Shown in pieces: positions 47,868 through 59,900 of a stretch of DNA of 64,000 bases. This DNA comes from Gemmatimonadales bacterium (GTDB taxonomy: Bacteria; Gemmatimonadota; Gemmatimonadetes; Gemmatimonadales; GWC2-71-9), in the NCBI GenBank assembly GCA_041615815.1, contig JBFJCP010000004.1, positions 106,140-170,139 on the forward strand. Reading direction: 5' to 3'. The notes under the pieces were generated by a model. The model was not told where the DNA came from. It ran no database searches and was given only the letters and a program-made list of their open reading frames with translations. Position numbers and translations under genes: made by a program. Positions within the stretch are counted from its first letter, which is position 1, and each line of letters begins with the position of its first letter.

Positions 47868-49781
47868 TTGAAACACTCAGTGATGCTGGCCATCGTGACC
47901 GTGGGGCTCACCGCGTGCGGTGAGCTGAAGGGCCACCGGGATTCGGAATCGTCAGCGCGGACTGCGCTACCCACTCGGGTCTCGCCGGCAATAAGCGACG
48001 GTGCCACCCGCCGCGTGTGGTCGCCGCCCAGCCATATCGAGCCGCTGGCCGCGCCGTCGGCAGACGGCCGGCGCCTGCCGTTCATCGACTGGCAGACCGG
48101 TGATCTGGCGGTGTTCGAACTCGCCACCGGCGAGACGCGTCGCCTGACCGGAAGTCCTTGGCTCCATCAATTACACGACTATGCCGAAACGTCTGCGATA
48201 TCGCCGGATGGGAGTCGGATCGCGTACACCTGGTGGTGCAACGACTGTGATCGCTACGAGCTGCGGGTGATCGAGGTCGACGACCCCCAAGACATGCGCG
48301 TGCTCGTCTCGAACGATCAGATCAAGTGGATGCGACCGTATCACTGGTCATGGACTGGCCAGCAGATCGCCGCCCTGTTCATGCGTCCCGACGGTTCGTT
48401 TCAGATCGCCGTCGTATCCGTGGCCGACGGGTCATTCCGAGTTCTCAAGTCTCTCGGCTGGCGCGAGCCTCAAGGGATGTTCTTCTCTGCGGATGGTCGC
48501 TTTATCGCCTATGACCTCGCGGAGGACGATTCGCCGGAGCGGGACGTGTACGTGCTGGCCACCGATGGTAGTCGGGAGACGGTGGTCGTGGATCACGAGG
48601 CCGATGACTTCCTCCTCGGCTGGGCCCCGGACGGCGCGGCGGTTCTGTTCGGGAGCCATCGCGGTGGGACACCGAGCGCCTGGGTCGTTTCGGTGAGTGA
48701 CGGCAAGCGCGTGGGACACCCACGGTTGGTGAGATCTGACATGTGGCGGGTCTTACCCCTCGGCTTCTCGAGGTCGGGCAGCTACTACTATGCCGTCGAG
48801 GCCGACCGACTCGAGGTGTACGTAGCGATGCTGGATGCCGGCGAAGGGATGGTGACAAGCGAGCCCACCGCGGTGGGTGAGCGCTATCATGTCGCCCGCA
48901 GCACGCCCTCCTGGTCTCCCGATGGGCAAAAACTTGCGTTCATCACGCAGCGGGGCCCGTTCTGGAGCCTCCGGTCGCGAGGCGTGGTGATTCGATCGGC
49001 GGTGACGGGTGAGTCCCGCGAGGTGGTCCCGGACCTCACGTATTTCAACTCTTTGCAGTGGGACCGGGACGGTCTCTCGATCTTCGTTAGAGGGCAGGAT
49101 GCGAAGGGACGGGGTGGCATCTACCGCATCGATACGCAGACGGGCGAGGCCACGGCGGTCTTACTCGCCGAGCCCGAATCCAATATGTACGGCCACGCCG
49201 TGTCGAACGACGGCCGAATGCTCTACTACCATGTCAGGGGCTCGGTCACAGGAATCTTGACATACGAAATCGCCCGGGGTCGGAGCGCACCGTTGTACAC
49301 GGCAGCCACGCCACGGACCGCGGACAGTCTCTGGGTCGCGTACGCGTTTCACCCATCCATGGCGCTTTCCCCCAACGGTAAGTGGCTCGCTCTGATCCCC
49401 TACTGGCGGAAAGCGGCCGTGCTCTTGCCGGTTGCGGGAGGAACGCCACGCACGGTCTTTTCTGCGCCGGAAGGAATGAAAGTGATCGGCGTGACCTGGA
49501 CACCGAGCGGTGACTACCTCCTCGTCACGCTCTTCGATGGAACGGGTGATGGCCGCCGAGAGATTTGGCGTGTAGGTCAGGACGGAAGCGATCCTCGACA
49601 GATCGAGTTCCCCAACGCCGCATCGGGTGCGCAAGGCACTTACCCCGATGCGTGGAGTGCGCTCTCGGTGCACCCCGACGGACGCCAGATCGCCTTCACC
49701 GCCGGTGAGTCACGGCTCGAGGTGTGGGTGATGGAGGACTTCCTGCCGGAGACCCCGGCGTCCCCCGGCCCGACGCAGTAG
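47868..49781 (+). CDS. TolB-like (PD40) beta-propeller lipoprotein
   Basis: Lipobox 'LTAC'; repeated 'SPDG..IA(Y/F)', 'WSPDGQKLAF'. Confidence 0.85.
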   Translation: MKHSVMLAIVTVGLTACGELKGHRDSESSARTALPTRVSPAISDGATRRVWSPPSHIEPLAAPSADGRRLPFIDWQTGDLAVFELATGETRRLTGSPWLHQLHDYAETSAISPDGSRIAYTWWCNDCDRYELRVIEVDDPQDMRVLVSNDQIKWMRPYHWSWTGQQIAALFMRPDGSFQIAVVSVADGSFRVLKSLGWREPQGMFFSADGRFIAYDLAEDDSPERDVYVLATDGSRETVVVDHEADDFLLGWAPDGAAVLFGSHRGGTPSAWVVSVSDGKRVGHPRLVRSDMWRVLPLGFSRSGSYYYAVEADRLEVYVAMLDAGEGMVTSEPTAVGERYHVARSTPSWSPDGQKLAFITQRGPFWSLRSRGVVIRSAVTGESREVVPDLTYFNSLQWDRDGLSIFVRGQDAKGRGGIYRIDTQTGEATAVLLAEPESNMYGHAVSNDGRMLYYHVRGSVTGILTYEIARGRSAPLYTAATPRTADSLWVAYAFHPSMALSPNGKWLALIPYWRKAAVLLPVAGGTPRTVFSAPEGMKVIGVTWTPSGDYLLVTLFDGTGDGRREIWRVGQDGSDPRQIEFPNAASGAQGTYPDAWSALSVHPDGRQIAFTAGESRLEVWVMEDFLPETPASPGPTQ

Positions 49782-49793
49782 ACCACACCGGCC

Positions 49794-50825
49794 GTGTCTT
49801 CTCGAGTAGCTACACTCCTGGCGCTAGGCCTGGTCTCCGGATTGGGGAGTTCCCGATGCCATCTGCTCGGGCAGGCGCGAATCGTCGCCACCGGGGACTT
49901 GTATCGACCGAGCGCGCCCCTGGGCCTCGACGAGTACTACCGGGTGCCTGAATCCAATCCGATGACGCGCGCGAAGATCGAGCTCGGCAGGCAGCTATTC
50001 CACGATCCGCTGCTGTCGTTGGATCGCACTATAGCGTGTGCCTCGTGTCACAGTCCCGCACACGCCTTCAGCGACACGGTCCCGTTCTCTCGCGGCATTC
50101 GTGACCGCGCGCCGATCCGCAACACACCGAGCATTATGAACCGCGCCTACGGCAAGACGTTCTTCGCCGACGGCCGCACGGCATCATTGGAGGAGACCGT
50201 CCTCAGACCCATCGAGAACGGGCGAGAGATGAGTCTGGCGCTGACCGAGCTCGTACGCCGATTGCGAAGCGACCCCGACTACGCCGGTCGCTTTGAGGCG
50301 GTGTACGATGACGGGGTCACCGAATCGAACATTGGTCGTGCGCTCGCCACCTACGTGCGCACGCTTCGCTCTGGGGACTCACCGTTCGATCGCTTCATGG
50401 CAGGGGACACAGCCGCGCTTTCGCCCGAAGCGCGGGCCGGCTTCCGGCTGTTCATCGGGAAGGGGGGCTGCGTCTTCTGTCATCAAGGCCCTACCTTCAC
50501 CGACGAGTCGTTTCACAACACGGGGGTGTCGTGGGGCTCGCCGGATCTCGGACGCCATACGGTTACTGGTGATGAGGCCGATCGCGGCAAATTCAAAACT
50601 CCCACGCTGCGCAACATCGAGCTCACGTCCCCGTACATGCACGACGGCAGCTTGGCCACGCTGGAGGAGGTCGTGGAGTTTTACGATCGGGGTGCCCAAC
50701 CCAATCCCTACCTGGACGCAGAGATCCGGCCGCTGCGACTCAGCGCGATGGAGAAGGAAGCGCTGCTCACATTTCTGCGGAGCCTGCGCGGGTCACAGGT
50801 CGGGATTCCAGACTCTCTGCGGTGA
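49794..50825 (+). CDS. Di-heme cytochrome c peroxidase/MauG superfamily protein
   Basis: 'LGRQLF.DP.LS', CASCH, 'RNTPS', CVFCH, 'FKTPTLRNI..T.PYMHDGS'. Confidence 0.92.
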   Translation: MSSRVATLLALGLVSGLGSSRCHLLGQARIVATGDLYRPSAPLGLDEYYRVPESNPMTRAKIELGRQLFHDPLLSLDRTIACASCHSPAHAFSDTVPFSRGIRDRAPIRNTPSIMNRAYGKTFFADGRTASLEETVLRPIENGREMSLALTELVRRLRSDPDYAGRFEAVYDDGVTESNIGRALATYVRTLRSGDSPFDRFMAGDTAALSPEARAGFRLFIGKGGCVFCHQGPTFTDESFHNTGVSWGSPDLGRHTVTGDEADRGKFKTPTLRNIELTSPYMHDGSLATLEEVVEFYDRGAQPNPYLDAEIRPLRLSAMEKEALLTFLRSLRGSQVGIPDSLR

Positions 50826-50835
50826 CAACGGGGAG

Positions 50836-53800
50836 CTAGCCCGGCCCGTCCGACGTCGTTCGGCGCAACCGCCGCTCGCAGGCGTCGGCCGCCGCCGCGG
50901 CCTCGGTTGTTGCTTCCGCCAGATACTGCGTCCGCTGTTCGGGCGTCAGGCATGCCCGCAAGTTCGCGCGCACGTACTCGAGCAGCTCAGGAAACGTGAC
51001 ACGCCAGATCCGAGCCGTGCCGTCCACCGAGGCCGTGACGACTCGCTGACCGTCGGGGCTGAACGCTGCAGCGCGCACCGGGCCGGAGTGGCCACGAAGC
51101 GCGATTGGGTCTTCGGTCCCGTCGAGACGCCAAATCCAAACCGTACCATCGTCGCCTCCCGCCAGCACGCGGGAGCCACCGGGGCTGAACGCGACCGCGT
51201 TGACGTAGAAGTCATGGGCTCGCAGCACGATCGGACGCCCGCTCCCATCCACCGGCCGTATGCGGACATCTTCCGATCCGATCGCGACCGTCTCTCCGTC
51301 GGGACTAAACACGGCGTCCTGGAGCTCGTAATTGCCGCGCAGAATCACCGCTGGGCTCCCCCGCTCGACAGCAGTGACTCTCGCCGTCTGATCCCACGAG
51401 GCACTGAGCACGCTTCTGCCATCCGGGCTGAATGCAACGCTCATGACCCAGTCTCTGTGCTCGGCGAGAACCTCGGGGTTCCCCGCACCGTTCGCGGGCC
51501 ATGTGCGGACCAGGCCGTCCCGCCCGCCTGTCACGACGCGATCGCCGTTCGGGCTGAACGCCGCATCGTACACGACGGACGAATGGGCCAGGACAACTGG
51601 CTCTCTGGATCCTTCCATCTCCCAGACCCTCACGGTGCTGTCGCTCGACGCCGTGACCAGACGGCGCCCATCACGACTGAATGCCACACTCCACACCCGA
51701 TCCCCGTGCCCGCGCAGCAGGGTTGGCTCTCCCGAGCCGTCCGATGACCATATCCGGACGAACCCGTCGCTGGACGCGGTGGCGATTCGCCGGCCGTCGG
51801 GACTGTACGCAATGCCGTTGACCCGTTCCCCGTGTGGAAGCACCAGCGCCTCGCCTTCCGTGTCGCTCAGCATCCAGGTCCGCAGCGATCGATCCCTGAA
51901 CCCGCCAGTGATCTGGCTTCCGTCGGGACTCTCCCCGACTCCATTCCAACCCCACGGTCCCGTGAACACCGCCACGCGCCCACTCCCGTCGGCCTGCCAG
52001 ACGCGAAGCTTGCCGTCAGCGGATTGGGTGAACACGCTCGAGCCATCGCTAGAGATCGAGGCGAGTGCGGTGGCAGGATGCCGCAGTGTGATCGGTTGGT
52101 CAGGACGGTCGAGGTGCCAGATCCTCACGGTGCTGTCCAGCGAGGAGGTCGTCACGAGCTGGCCATTGAACCGGGTGCCCCACATGCTCAGGCGCTCATG
52201 TCGCAGAAACAGCGGTTCACCGGTGCGGTCCCCCGAATAGACGTAGACCCCGCTCCGCCCGCTCACCGAAACCAGTGCGCCATCCGGACTCATACGGGCG
52301 TAGACCCAGCCGTCTGGAGGGCCGGGTAGCACGACTGGCGAGCCGGTGCCGTCCGCGCGCCAGATCCGCGCCGCTCCGTCCGTGCCGCCCGTCAGGATGC
52401 GGTCGCCATCGGAAAAGAATCGTCCACCGAGGAGACCGACTCCATCGATGCGGAGGACGACCGGTTCGTCAGAGCCGTCGGCCGGCCATATCCAGATTGG
52501 GCCTCCCTGCTCCGTGCCGGCCGAGAGCCGCGTGCCGTCGGGGCTGAAACCCAGGGCTTCGATTCGCAAGTCGGCCGTCAAGACAGTGGGATCGCTCCAA
52601 TCATCCACAGGCCAGATCCACACGGTTCCCGCCGCGGTGCCCGCCGCGAACCGGCTGCCATCCGGACTGAAGGCAATTCCGTCAACCTCGTCATCGTGCT
52701 GTAAGATCTGCGGCTCTCCCGTTCCGTCGGTTCGCCAGATGCGAGCGGTGCCATCCATCAGGCTCGCGGCCAGAAACCGGCCGTCTGGGCTGTACGCGAA
52801 GTCGTTCGCGTAATCAGGTGCATGCACGACCGATATCGGCATAGGATGGTTCGCCGCCTCCCGCAGCACGGCCATCTTGCCGGGCAGGGGCACGTCCGCA
52901 ATCTCGTCGATCAGCAGGGCCTTGAGCAGCGGGTCCTGCGTTGTCGTGGCCGATGTGAGAATCGCATGCGCCCGGGCCCGGTGTGCTTCGGCGCTGGCGC
53001 GCACGGCCTGCCAGGTCGCGAGCGACGCACCGACCAGGATCGCGACGGCGACCAAGGCGGCGGCAGCCACGGGACCGCGATGTTTCCTCGCGAACTTCCG
53101 CAGCCGATACGCGCGGCTCGGTGGGCGGGCGGCGATCGGCTCGTCCTGGAAATGTCGCTCGATGTCGGCGGCGAACTCCGACGCGGACGCGTAGCGGCGG
53201 GCGCGATCTTTCTCCAGCGCCTTCATCGCGATCCAGTCCAGATCCCCCCGAACGAGCTTCGTGAGAGCAGCGGGCTCCGTCTGGTGCTGCTTCGCGACTT
53301 CGGTCAGGGCGTCGCCCAGAGTGCTGAGCCGGGTGGAAGGCTTGGGCGGTTCTTCCTCTCTGAGGATCCGCAGAATGTCGAGATAGGCTGCCGAACGGAG
53401 CGCCTTGGCCTCAAAGGGCGTTGTACCGGTAAGTAGCTCGTACAGCAACACCCCCAACGAGTAGATGTCACTGCGTGTATCGATGTCCAGGCCGCTCATC
53501 TCCGCCTGCTCAGGGCTCATGTAGGCCGGCGTGCCGATGAACTGACCGTACTCGGTGAACAAGGTTTTCTCGGTGAGCCGATGTGCCGTGGCCTTGGCCA
53601 CCCCGAAATCGATCACCTTGGGTACCGGTCGGCCGTCGTGCAGGGTCACCATCACGTTCGACGGCTTGAGGTCACGATGGATGATCCCTTTCTGATGGGC
53701 ATGGTGCACGGCCTGACAGATATCGACGAAGAGCCGGAGTCGTTCGCCCGTGCTGAGTCGGTTCGTGTCGCAGTACTCCGTGATGGGTATTCCCTTCACC

Positions 53801-54309
53801 AGCTCCATCACGAAGTACGGTCGCCCGGTCTCGGTGGTTCCCGCGTCGAACACCTTGGCGATGTTGGGATGTTCCATCATGGCCAGCGCTTGGCGCTCCG
53901 CCTCGAACCGGGCAACGACCTCCTTCGTGTCCATGCCCAGCTTGATGATCTTGAGCGCCACACGACGCTGGACCGGACGTTCCTGGTCGGCCATGTAGAC
54001 GGTCCCGAAGCCGCCCTCGCCGATCACCTGGAGGAGCTTATACGGTCCGATGATTGATCCCGGTGCCTCCGGCGGCCCCGCCGCGGTCACCCCACTTGCG
54101 GCGCGGCCAATCCCACTTCTGTTCTCGAAGGTGGGGGACTCGAGAAACTCGTCCGCTTCCGCGTGCGCTGCGAGGAGCGCTTCCACCTGAGCACGCAGTC
54201 GAGCATCGTCGCCGCATGCCGTGGCGACGAATCCGTTCCGCTGCGACTCCGGCTTCTCCAACGCCTCGTGGAAGACTTGTTTCACACGTCCCCAGCTCAT
54301 CTTTTCCAT
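50836..54309 (-). CDS. Ser/Thr kinase with TM and C-terminal WD40 repeats (ECF-associated)
   Basis: '[10 protein letters not shown]', '[18 protein letters not shown]', 'HRDLKPSN', 'PKVIDFG'; TM; many 'H...V...AFSPDG....TAS.D.T.RIW' repeats. Confidence 0.95.
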   Translation of the reverse strand: MEKMSWGRVKQVFHEALEKPESQRNGFVATACGDDARLRAQVEALLAAHAEADEFLESPTFENRSGIGRAASGVTAAGPPEAPGSIIGPYKLLQVIGEGGFGTVYMADQERPVQRRVALKIIKLGMDTKEVVARFEAERQALAMMEHPNIAKVFDAGTTETGRPYFVMELVKGIPITEYCDTNRLSTGERLRLFVDICQAVHHAHQKGIIHRDLKPSNVMVTLHDGRPVPKVIDFGVAKATAHRLTEKTLFTEYGQFIGTPAYMSPEQAEMSGLDIDTRSDIYSLGVLLYELLTGTTPFEAKALRSAAYLDILRILREEEPPKPSTRLSTLGDALTEVAKQHQTEPAALTKLVRGDLDWIAMKALEKDRARRYASASEFAADIERHFQDEPIAARPPSRAYRLRKFARKHRGPVAAAALVAVAILVGASLATWQAVRASAEAHRARAHAILTSATTTQDPLLKALLIDEIADVPLPGKMAVLREAANHPMPISVVHAPDYANDFAYSPDGRFLAASLMDGTARIWRTDGTGEPQILQHDDEVDGIAFSPDGSRFAAGTAAGTVWIWPVDDWSDPTVLTADLRIEALGFSPDGTRLSAGTEQGGPIWIWPADGSDEPVVLRIDGVGLLGGRFFSDGDRILTGGTDGAARIWRADGTGSPVVLPGPPDGWVYARMSPDGALVSVSGRSGVYVYSGDRTGEPLFLRHERLSMWGTRFNGQLVTTSSLDSTVRIWHLDRPDQPITLRHPATALASISSDGSSVFTQSADGKLRVWQADGSGRVAVFTGPWGWNGVGESPDGSQITGGFRDRSLRTWMLSDTEGEALVLPHGERVNGIAYSPDGRRIATASSDGFVRIWSSDGSGEPTLLRGHGDRVWSVAFSRDGRRLVTASSDSTVRVWEMEGSREPVVLAHSSVVYDAAFSPNGDRVVTGGRDGLVRTWPANGAGNPEVLAEHRDWVMSVAFSPDGRSVLSASWDQTARVTAVERGSPAVILRGNYELQDAVFSPDGETVAIGSEDVRIRPVDGSGRPIVLRAHDFYVNAVAFSPGGSRVLAGGDDGTVWIWRLDGTEDPIALRGHSGPVRAAAFSPDGQRVVTASVDGTARIWRVTFPELLEYVRANLRACLTPEQRTQYLAEATTEAAAAADACERRLRRTTSDGPG

Positions 54310-54346
54310 GGCACGCTTGCTCCCGGCCTCGATCGCCGCTGCGGAT

Positions 54347-54904
54347 TCAGTCCTCGCGCAGGTCCTGATACAACCATGCCCGCGCGAAGGCCCACTCTCG
54401 TTTGACCGTGCGTTGCGAGACCTCCATCGCCTTGGCGGTCTCCTCCACGCTGAGGCCCGCGAAGAGCCTCAGTCGCACCACCTCCGCCGCATCGGGGTCC
54501 TGTTCTTCCAAGCGCCGAAACGCATCGTCGAGGGCCAGTAGCTCATCCAGGTCGTGGTCGGTTGCGAGGTCGGCGTTGCGCAGCTCCACGCGTACGCGCT
54601 TTCCTCCACGCTTGGCCCGCCCTCGCTTGCGGGCGTGCTCGATCAGGATCCGTCGCATCGCCTCGGCGCAAGCGCGAAAGAAGTGACGGCGATCGTTCCA
54701 GGGAGGACGGGAATCGCCCAGGAGACGCAGGTAGGCTTCGTGGACCAATGCCGTCGCTTGCAAGGAATGGTCGGGACGCTCGTGGCGGAGGTGGGCTTGG
54801 GCCAGCGCGCGCAGCTCGTCGTAAACCAGGGGGACCAGCCGCTCCATCACTTCGTCGCGGTCCGATCCCCGCAGCTCGGCGAGGATGACGCTGATGTCTC
54901 CCAT
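54347..54904 (-). CDS. ECF sigma factor, kinase-associated (TIGR02999 / ECF43-like)
   Basis: 'LVYDELR.LA', '[14 protein letters not shown]', '[11 protein letters not shown]', '[13 protein letters not shown]'. Confidence 0.92.
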   Translation of the reverse strand: MGDISVILAELRGSDRDEVMERLVPLVYDELRALAQAHLRHERPDHSLQATALVHEAYLRLLGDSRPPWNDRRHFFRACAEAMRRILIEHARKRGRAKRGGKRVRVELRNADLATDHDLDELLALDDAFRRLEEQDPDAAEVVRLRLFAGLSVEETAKAMEVSQRTVKREWAFARAWLYQDLRED

Positions 54905-55079
54905 GGCGACGGCTCGAGGCTAGTGGCTTCCACTACGAGAAAGACCGTACGGGAGGACGTCAAGTGCGACTTGGCAGCGCATTTCATTTTTCTTGGCGAG
55001 ACGGAACGGTCGCCGCACCTTGACGAACGCTCGCCGCGCGGCGAACCATGACGTTACTGCCACCGCTCGAGGAGGGGAG

Positions 55080-56816
55080 ATGTCCCGACGTCCCGTGGCT
55101 GTCATACTCGTCGGCGCAGCGGCCTTGGCCGCTGGTCCGGCCGGCCCCGCGGCACCGGCCGGTCCCCAATTCGCGATCTCCTTCCCCGCCGCGCGCAGTA
55201 CCACGCCGCTCGACGGGCGTCTGCTGCTCCTGATCTCCACGGATTCCACGGCGGAGCCGCGGTTTCAGATCGGAGACGGGGCCAACACCCAGTTGGTCTT
55301 TGGGATCGACGTCGACGGGCTGGCGCCCGGCACGGAGGCGCTGATTGACGGCGCGGCGTTTGGCTATCCCTTGAAGAGCGTGCGCGACCTACCCGCCGGA
55401 CGCTATTGGGTGCAGGCACTCATTAATAGGTATGAGACCTTTCACCGCTCCGATGGGCACGTGGTGAAGCTCCCGCCGGACCGCGGGGAAGGCCAGGTGT
55501 GGAACCGGAAGCCCGGGAATCTCTACTCGATGCCGCGCTTCGTGGATATCGATCCCGCCGACGTCGGCGTGATCCAGCTGATGATGGACCAGGAGATCCC
55601 GCCCATCCCCGATCCGCCCGAGACCAACTACATCAAGCACGAACGGATCCAGAGCGAGCTCTTGAGCGAGTTCTGGGGCCGTCCCATGTACCTGGGCGCC
55701 CACGTGCTCTTGCCGGAGGGCTTCGATACCCATCCCGATGCCCGGTATCCGCTGGTGGTGAACCACGGACATTTCCCGTACACGTTCAGCGGATTCCGAG
55801 AAGAGCCGCCCGATCCCAATCTCGAGCCCGACTACAGCGAGCGGTTCCGGCTCCGGGGGTACAATCGCATCCAACAGGAGTACGCCCATCAGTTCTATGA
55901 GGAGTGGACCGGTCCCGATTTCCCACGGGTGCTGCTGATCCGGGTACAGCATCCCACCCCGTACTACGATGACTCCTACGCCGTGAACTCGGCCAACAAC
56001 GGGCCCTACGGTGATGCCATCATGCACGAGCTGATCCCGCACATCGAGCGGAAGTACCGCGGGATCGGCGAGGGGTGGGCCCGGTTTACCTACGGTGGGT
56101 CCACCGGCGGGTGGGAGGCCATGGCGGTGCAGGTGTTCTATCCCGAGGAGTTCAACGGCGCGTGGGTGGCGTGTCCCGATCCCATCGACTTTCGGGCCTA
56201 CACCGTGGTCGATCTGTACGAAGACCAAAATGCGTACTACGTGGACAGCAAATGGAAGCGCACGCCGCGCCCCGGGAGACGGGATGGGCGGGGTCACGTG
56301 AGCGCCACGCTCGAGGAGATGAACCACCGGGAGCTGGCGCTCGGCTCCAGGGGCCGGTCCGGCGATCAGTGGGACATCTGGCAGGCGGTGTACTCACCCG
56401 CGGGTGACGATGGCTACCCCAAGCCCATCTGGGACAAGGTCACTGGAGTGATCGACCGCGACGTCGCCGAGTATTGGCGGGAGCACTACGACCTCTCCTA
56501 CATCCTGCGGCGCGACTGGGCCACATTGGGTCCCAAGCTCGCCGGCAAGCTGTTCATCTATGTGGGCGACATGGACAACTATTACTTGAACAACGCCGTC
56601 CAGCTGACCGAGGAGTTTCTGGAAAGCACTACGGATCCCTATTACGGCGGCGAAGTGGACTATGGCGACGGCGACGAGCACTGCTGGAACGGCGATCACA
56701 CACGGGACAATGCGTTCTCGCGGCTCCGCTACCATCAGATGTTCATTCCGCGGATCATGGATCAGATTCGCAACAACCACCCGGTGGGAGCCGATACGGT
56801 GAGTTGGCGGTACTAG
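55080..56816 (+). CDS. Secreted alpha/beta-hydrolase (putative esterase family)
   Basis: Signal peptide; 'SELLSEFWGRPM...VLLP', 'YGGSTGGW' nucleophile elbow, 'VGDMDNYYL'. Confidence 0.82.
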   Translation: MSRRPVAVILVGAAALAAGPAGPAAPAGPQFAISFPAARSTTPLDGRLLLLISTDSTAEPRFQIGDGANTQLVFGIDVDGLAPGTEALIDGAAFGYPLKSVRDLPAGRYWVQALINRYETFHRSDGHVVKLPPDRGEGQVWNRKPGNLYSMPRFVDIDPADVGVIQLMMDQEIPPIPDPPETNYIKHERIQSELLSEFWGRPMYLGAHVLLPEGFDTHPDARYPLVVNHGHFPYTFSGFREEPPDPNLEPDYSERFRLRGYNRIQQEYAHQFYEEWTGPDFPRVLLIRVQHPTPYYDDSYAVNSANNGPYGDAIMHELIPHIERKYRGIGEGWARFTYGGSTGGWEAMAVQVFYPEEFNGAWVACPDPIDFRAYTVVDLYEDQNAYYVDSKWKRTPRPGRRDGRGHVSATLEEMNHRELALGSRGRSGDQWDIWQAVYSPAGDDGYPKPIWDKVTGVIDRDVAEYWREHYDLSYILRRDWATLGPKLAGKLFIYVGDMDNYYLNNAVQLTEEFLESTTDPYYGGEVDYGDGDEHCWNGDHTRDNAFSRLRYHQMFIPRIMDQIRNNHPVGADTVSWRY

Positions 56817-56842
56817 CGCCGCCGCCGGCCGCTTCTCGGGGA

Positions 56843-56875
56843 CCCTAAACCCGAGAGGCTAGTGGTTAGGGTTTA
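56843..56875. repeat. Heptamer-family repeat, inverted relative to the 41155 array
   Basis: GGCTAGTGGTTAGGG (56857-56871) is the exact reverse complement of CCCTAACCACTAGCC (41178-41192). Confidence 0.6.
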
Positions 56876-56922
56876 ACAATCCTCGCCCTTATCCGATCAC
56901 CCGGTCCGGGACGTGATGGACC

Positions 56923-59900
56923 TCACGGCAACAGCCGTCTGAGCTGCAGGTTTGCCGACACGGGTTGGATTGATGACACATCCCGAATCCCGGACTGCTC
57001 TTCAACACAGATGCCCCATCTATCCCGCCGGACGCAAATGCTGACGATGCGTCTTTGGTCAACTCGAACCTGGCCTCTCACCTGAAGCAGCATCTGCCGT
57101 TGGTCTATCACGAGCGTATACGTGAATCTCCCACTCCCAGGACGGGAGCCAGTGCAATCCAGGCGTATTCGTGTTCTCTGAAGGCTCAAAACTTCGAATC
57201 CGACGTGTTCTTCGCAACGGGCTCCGCTGTCCGGGCCGCCCGGGTCAAGGGATATCCTGATTCCGTTGTCCAAGTCCTCGAAATTGACTGCGCCCGTCAA
57301 TGCTGGATTGGGCTGGCTTCCCACTACGCCCGGTGCGAGATTAGCCGCCCCATAACGTAGTTCACCTTCAAAGAGATACGGCCCATGGGGACGCACATAG
57401 ATCTGGAGGGTATCGAGGACCTGACCGTCATGTAACAACAGCCCCAACGCCGTGCCGTAACCTTTTGCAATGAAGCTCTTGCCGCCTGGCCCGACGGCGA
57501 GGGTCGCGGCCTCGAGTGATCGCAACTCAAACTCTGGGCCGGTATCAAGCGCAGTTCCGGTTGCGGCGCCGGCCACTGGTGCGAGGAGCGTATCTCCCAG
57601 CTCGAGCCTCAGGATATTCGAAACGAATTCGGGTCGTGCGGCCACCACCTCCAGATCCCAAAAGGCGCCCAGGATTTCTTCGTTATCGGCAAACTGGAGT
57701 CTCGTTCGTCCGGGGCGGAGGCCGATTACCGTCCTGGTGGTAGGATCGAATCGCGCGATCGTCGTATCAAGCATCCGCCAATGGATCTCTGCCTCTGGAA
57801 TCGCCTCGCGGTTCGCCGTCGCAAGTCCGCCAACGAAAATCTTCTTGCCCGCCACTGGGATGGTCACCGTCGTTAGTGGGTTCGGGTCTCCGTACGCCAT
57901 TGCGGGTCGCGCATGGACGGTGACGGCGATTCGACGAGCCCCACCCCCGGTCCCCACCGTGACCACGGTCTTGCCGAGCGAGACACCGGTGATCTCTCCG
58001 GCGGCGCTGACCTGCGCGATGCTCGGGGCTTGCGAGCGCCAAGTCATTTGGCGCGCGAGGACGTCGCGTCTCGGCCCACGCAGCACCACGCCGCGATCCG
58101 TCATGGGTGTCGCACGTGTCTTGCCGACAGCCAGGGCAACGCTGGCCACCGCGGGAGCGACCGGGACGGCTCTCACACGGACGAGGAGTCGCGCCGTCAC
58201 CGAACCGGCTGCCGTCGCTTCCAGTGTGGCCTCGCCGGCGCGATGGGCGACCAAGAACCCGGCAGAGTCCACTGTGGCTATGGTTGGCTGGAGCGAGCGC
58301 CATTGGACCGAGTCCGCGGGCAACTCGCTCCCGGTGCCCACTAAGGCGCGCACCGGCCACCGGTCCGCAGCGGACATCTGAAGTAGCGATGTCGACAGTA
58401 CAATGCGTCGCGCTGGAAACGTCCTCCCCTCTCGATCGACGCCAGCTGCAGTGCCTCCACCGTCGACTACGGACGCAGCCAATTGAGGCTCGGGGAAGAA
58501 CGCTTCCTCGATCCATGCGGACACGGGATCACCATCGAGCGTCGCCGGTGCGTATGTGATGGCACGGGCCCGTGCGATCGCACGGGCATTGTAGCTCGAG
58601 TCGTCGGACGGATCGGTGAGGAACACGTCGGAAGGCGATCCTGTTTCATTGACCTGGATCGCCACCACGGCCGGACTCGGCATCACGACCGAGTCGGGCA
58701 CGGCGACCATCGTGGGCTGCAGGGGTCGAGGTGGAGTGTCGAAGCACTCCCCCCTCAAGTTGTACGCGTCTCCAAAAGTCGCACAGGTCGACTCTGGTGC
58801 GTCCTCGGCGATCAGGCCGGTCGGGGGGTCGGCCGGATCCGTCGGCATGACGGGAGGTCGCACGATGACGAGCCCGGCAATTGCCGCGGCGGCGGCAGTG
58901 CCCGCGCGCGCGGTGGTGTGCATTCCCAGCAAGGGGACACCACCGCGGTAGACCCTGGCGCGAAGCACTGCCGGAAGGAAGAAGGCCACCGGTGATCGGC
59001 GTCCTTCCTCAAGAAGGCGCATGACTGCTCGGTCTCGCGTAATCGCTTCGATGGGGAACTGTTGCAGCTCTCGCCTGGCGGCGCGTCGCTTAGCCCGGTG
59101 CTTGCGATGCGCGAACATCTTCTGCACGGCCACGTCTAGACGCTGCTGGGCCCCAGCCAGCGAGATGTCGGGTGCGAGATTGCGCTCCAGGATCTCGATG
59201 ATCTCCGAACGCACGGCGATCTCGGTCTCTTCGTCGAGTTGGCGCATCAGCGCCACTCGCACGTCATCCGGAATGGCGCCACGGCGGAACCAGGGCAGGC
59301 GGACGAGCTTCAGCAAGTTCTCTTCGGAGAGCACGCCGGTGCCGATGGCCGGATGCCGGCCGATGCGCAGCGTCAGGTCCCAATGCAATTCCGGGTACAG
59401 TGCGCACGCGCAGAGCCAGGTGAATGCTTCTGAGCCGAGATGACGGCGAAGATCTTCCACCGCTTCTTGCACCAAGAGCGATGGCTGTGGGCTGGCTATG
59501 TCGAACCGTTTCCAGTATGCCAAATCCGTCTCGGCGTCGGGCTCGAAGGAATCGACGAGCGCACTCAACCCGTCTCCCGTCGCCGGCAGCACCACGAAGT
59601 GGCGTGCGAGGGAGATTTCCCGGGCGCCCCACGTGGCGGGCGGTTCAGCGGTCAGGACCGCGCGCTTCTCCCACGTGTGCATTCTCGTCACCCACGGGTG
59701 TGGGGCGCCCGTAACGGGATGCAGAAACCCATTCCCTTGAGCGAACACGAGCAGCCGACTGGTGTGGTAGCGCGATTGGAGATCGGACAAACGCCACCGC
59801 TGGCTGTACTCGTCCGTTACGATGCGAGGGTCATTCTCGAAGTAAAACCGGACGACGGGGAGGTCTTCCTGGCGCAGCGCCCACGCCAACTCGTTGAACA

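Noticed and set aside
50900..52800. Repeated DNA motifs that might be a CRISPR or tandem array
   Set aside because: They are coding WD40 repeats (likewise the ankyrin repeats at 23054-24121); no identical repeats with spacers and no cas genes.
54309..54320. TGGCACGCTTGC sigma54-like sequence
   Set aside because: GG-to-GC spacing is too short and it is antisense to the flanking genes.
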